A DNA stretch of 64,000 nt from Tubulanus polymorphus (lineage: Eukaryota > Animalia > Nemertea), in assembly GCF_964204645.1 (NCBI RefSeq), contig NC_134030.1:9761222-9825221 (forward strand), written 5' to 3'. The notes beneath the pieces were generated by a model, which saw nothing but the letters and a program-made list of their open reading frames with translations, searched no databases and had not been told where the DNA came from. A program made the translations under genes and the position numbers. This document shows positions 63,484-64,000 of the stretch, piece by piece (positions within the stretch are counted from its first letter, which is position 1; each line of letters starts with the position of its first letter).

Positions 63484-63980
63484 ATTGCCCGTTCAGACTG
63501 GTTGGAAGATTGTTTGAATGAACCAAAACCGAATTTCTCAATACTGTACTTCGATTAAACAAAAAATTATATAATTTCGACCACCGATCACACGCAACTA
63601 TATCTGTTATCTGCATTTTATTTCCTTTAAAATGCTGTATAAATTAAGTTCATCGAGCAAGGGGCTGCAGAACTATATGATATTCAATCTAAACTTATGT
63701 TTTAAAAATGAGCGCAAATCATCGCAACAATCGGGACCTCGAGGGACCGCCACAAAATGGCGCCTAGAAACTGGAAACTTCTTTATTGCCCGTTCAGACT
63801 GGATGGAAGTTTTTTTGAATGAACCAAAACCGAATTTCCCAATACTGTACTTCGATTAAACAAAAAATTATATAATTTCGACCACCGATCACAGGCAACT
63901 ATATCTGTACTTCGATTTCCGATTTCAAAACAAACCCTTTGTTTCGCTCCCGGCAGGTGTGGTGGGTATATAAGGGACAC
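63484..63980. repeat. About 124-bp direct duplication within an interspersed repeat
   Basis: 63484-63607 is near-identical to 63785-63908; same family as about 21720-21840. Confidence 0.8.
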
Positions 63981-64000
63981 CAAAACAAAAACAAAAATCA

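Overview
AT-rich animal (invertebrate-type) genomic DNA; the taxon cannot be fixed from sequence alone. Hand-splicing with canonical splice sites and consistent intron phases gives three minus-strand multi-exon genes in the right half. (1) 48557->31222: 26 coding exons, about 2,564 aa, a secreted protein with signal peptide, five divergent VWA domains (all with a broken MIDAS), casein-like SSEE clusters beside Lys/Arg blocks, about 1,090 aa of G-x-x-P-x pentapeptides (GETPS/GETPT/GGNPH/GGNPP), three 6-Cys modules and a GRKKK end. It looks like an undescribed block-copolymer extracellular material (glue, tube, mucus or matrix) and is the main candidate for a new system. (2) 51546->49848: a 431-aa uncharacterised coiled-coil protein with a GC-AG intron and a perfect RFX X-box upstream, probably ciliary. 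(3) 57976->54485: a 759-aa LRR-FN3-TM receptor with a Tyr-motif-rich tail. The left 31 kb has no convincing CDS. It is rich in MITEs and Penelope-like inverted repeats carrying minimal hammerhead-ribozyme cores, and one MITE family carries CTCF-like motifs. All gene models are manual predictions without transcript support.
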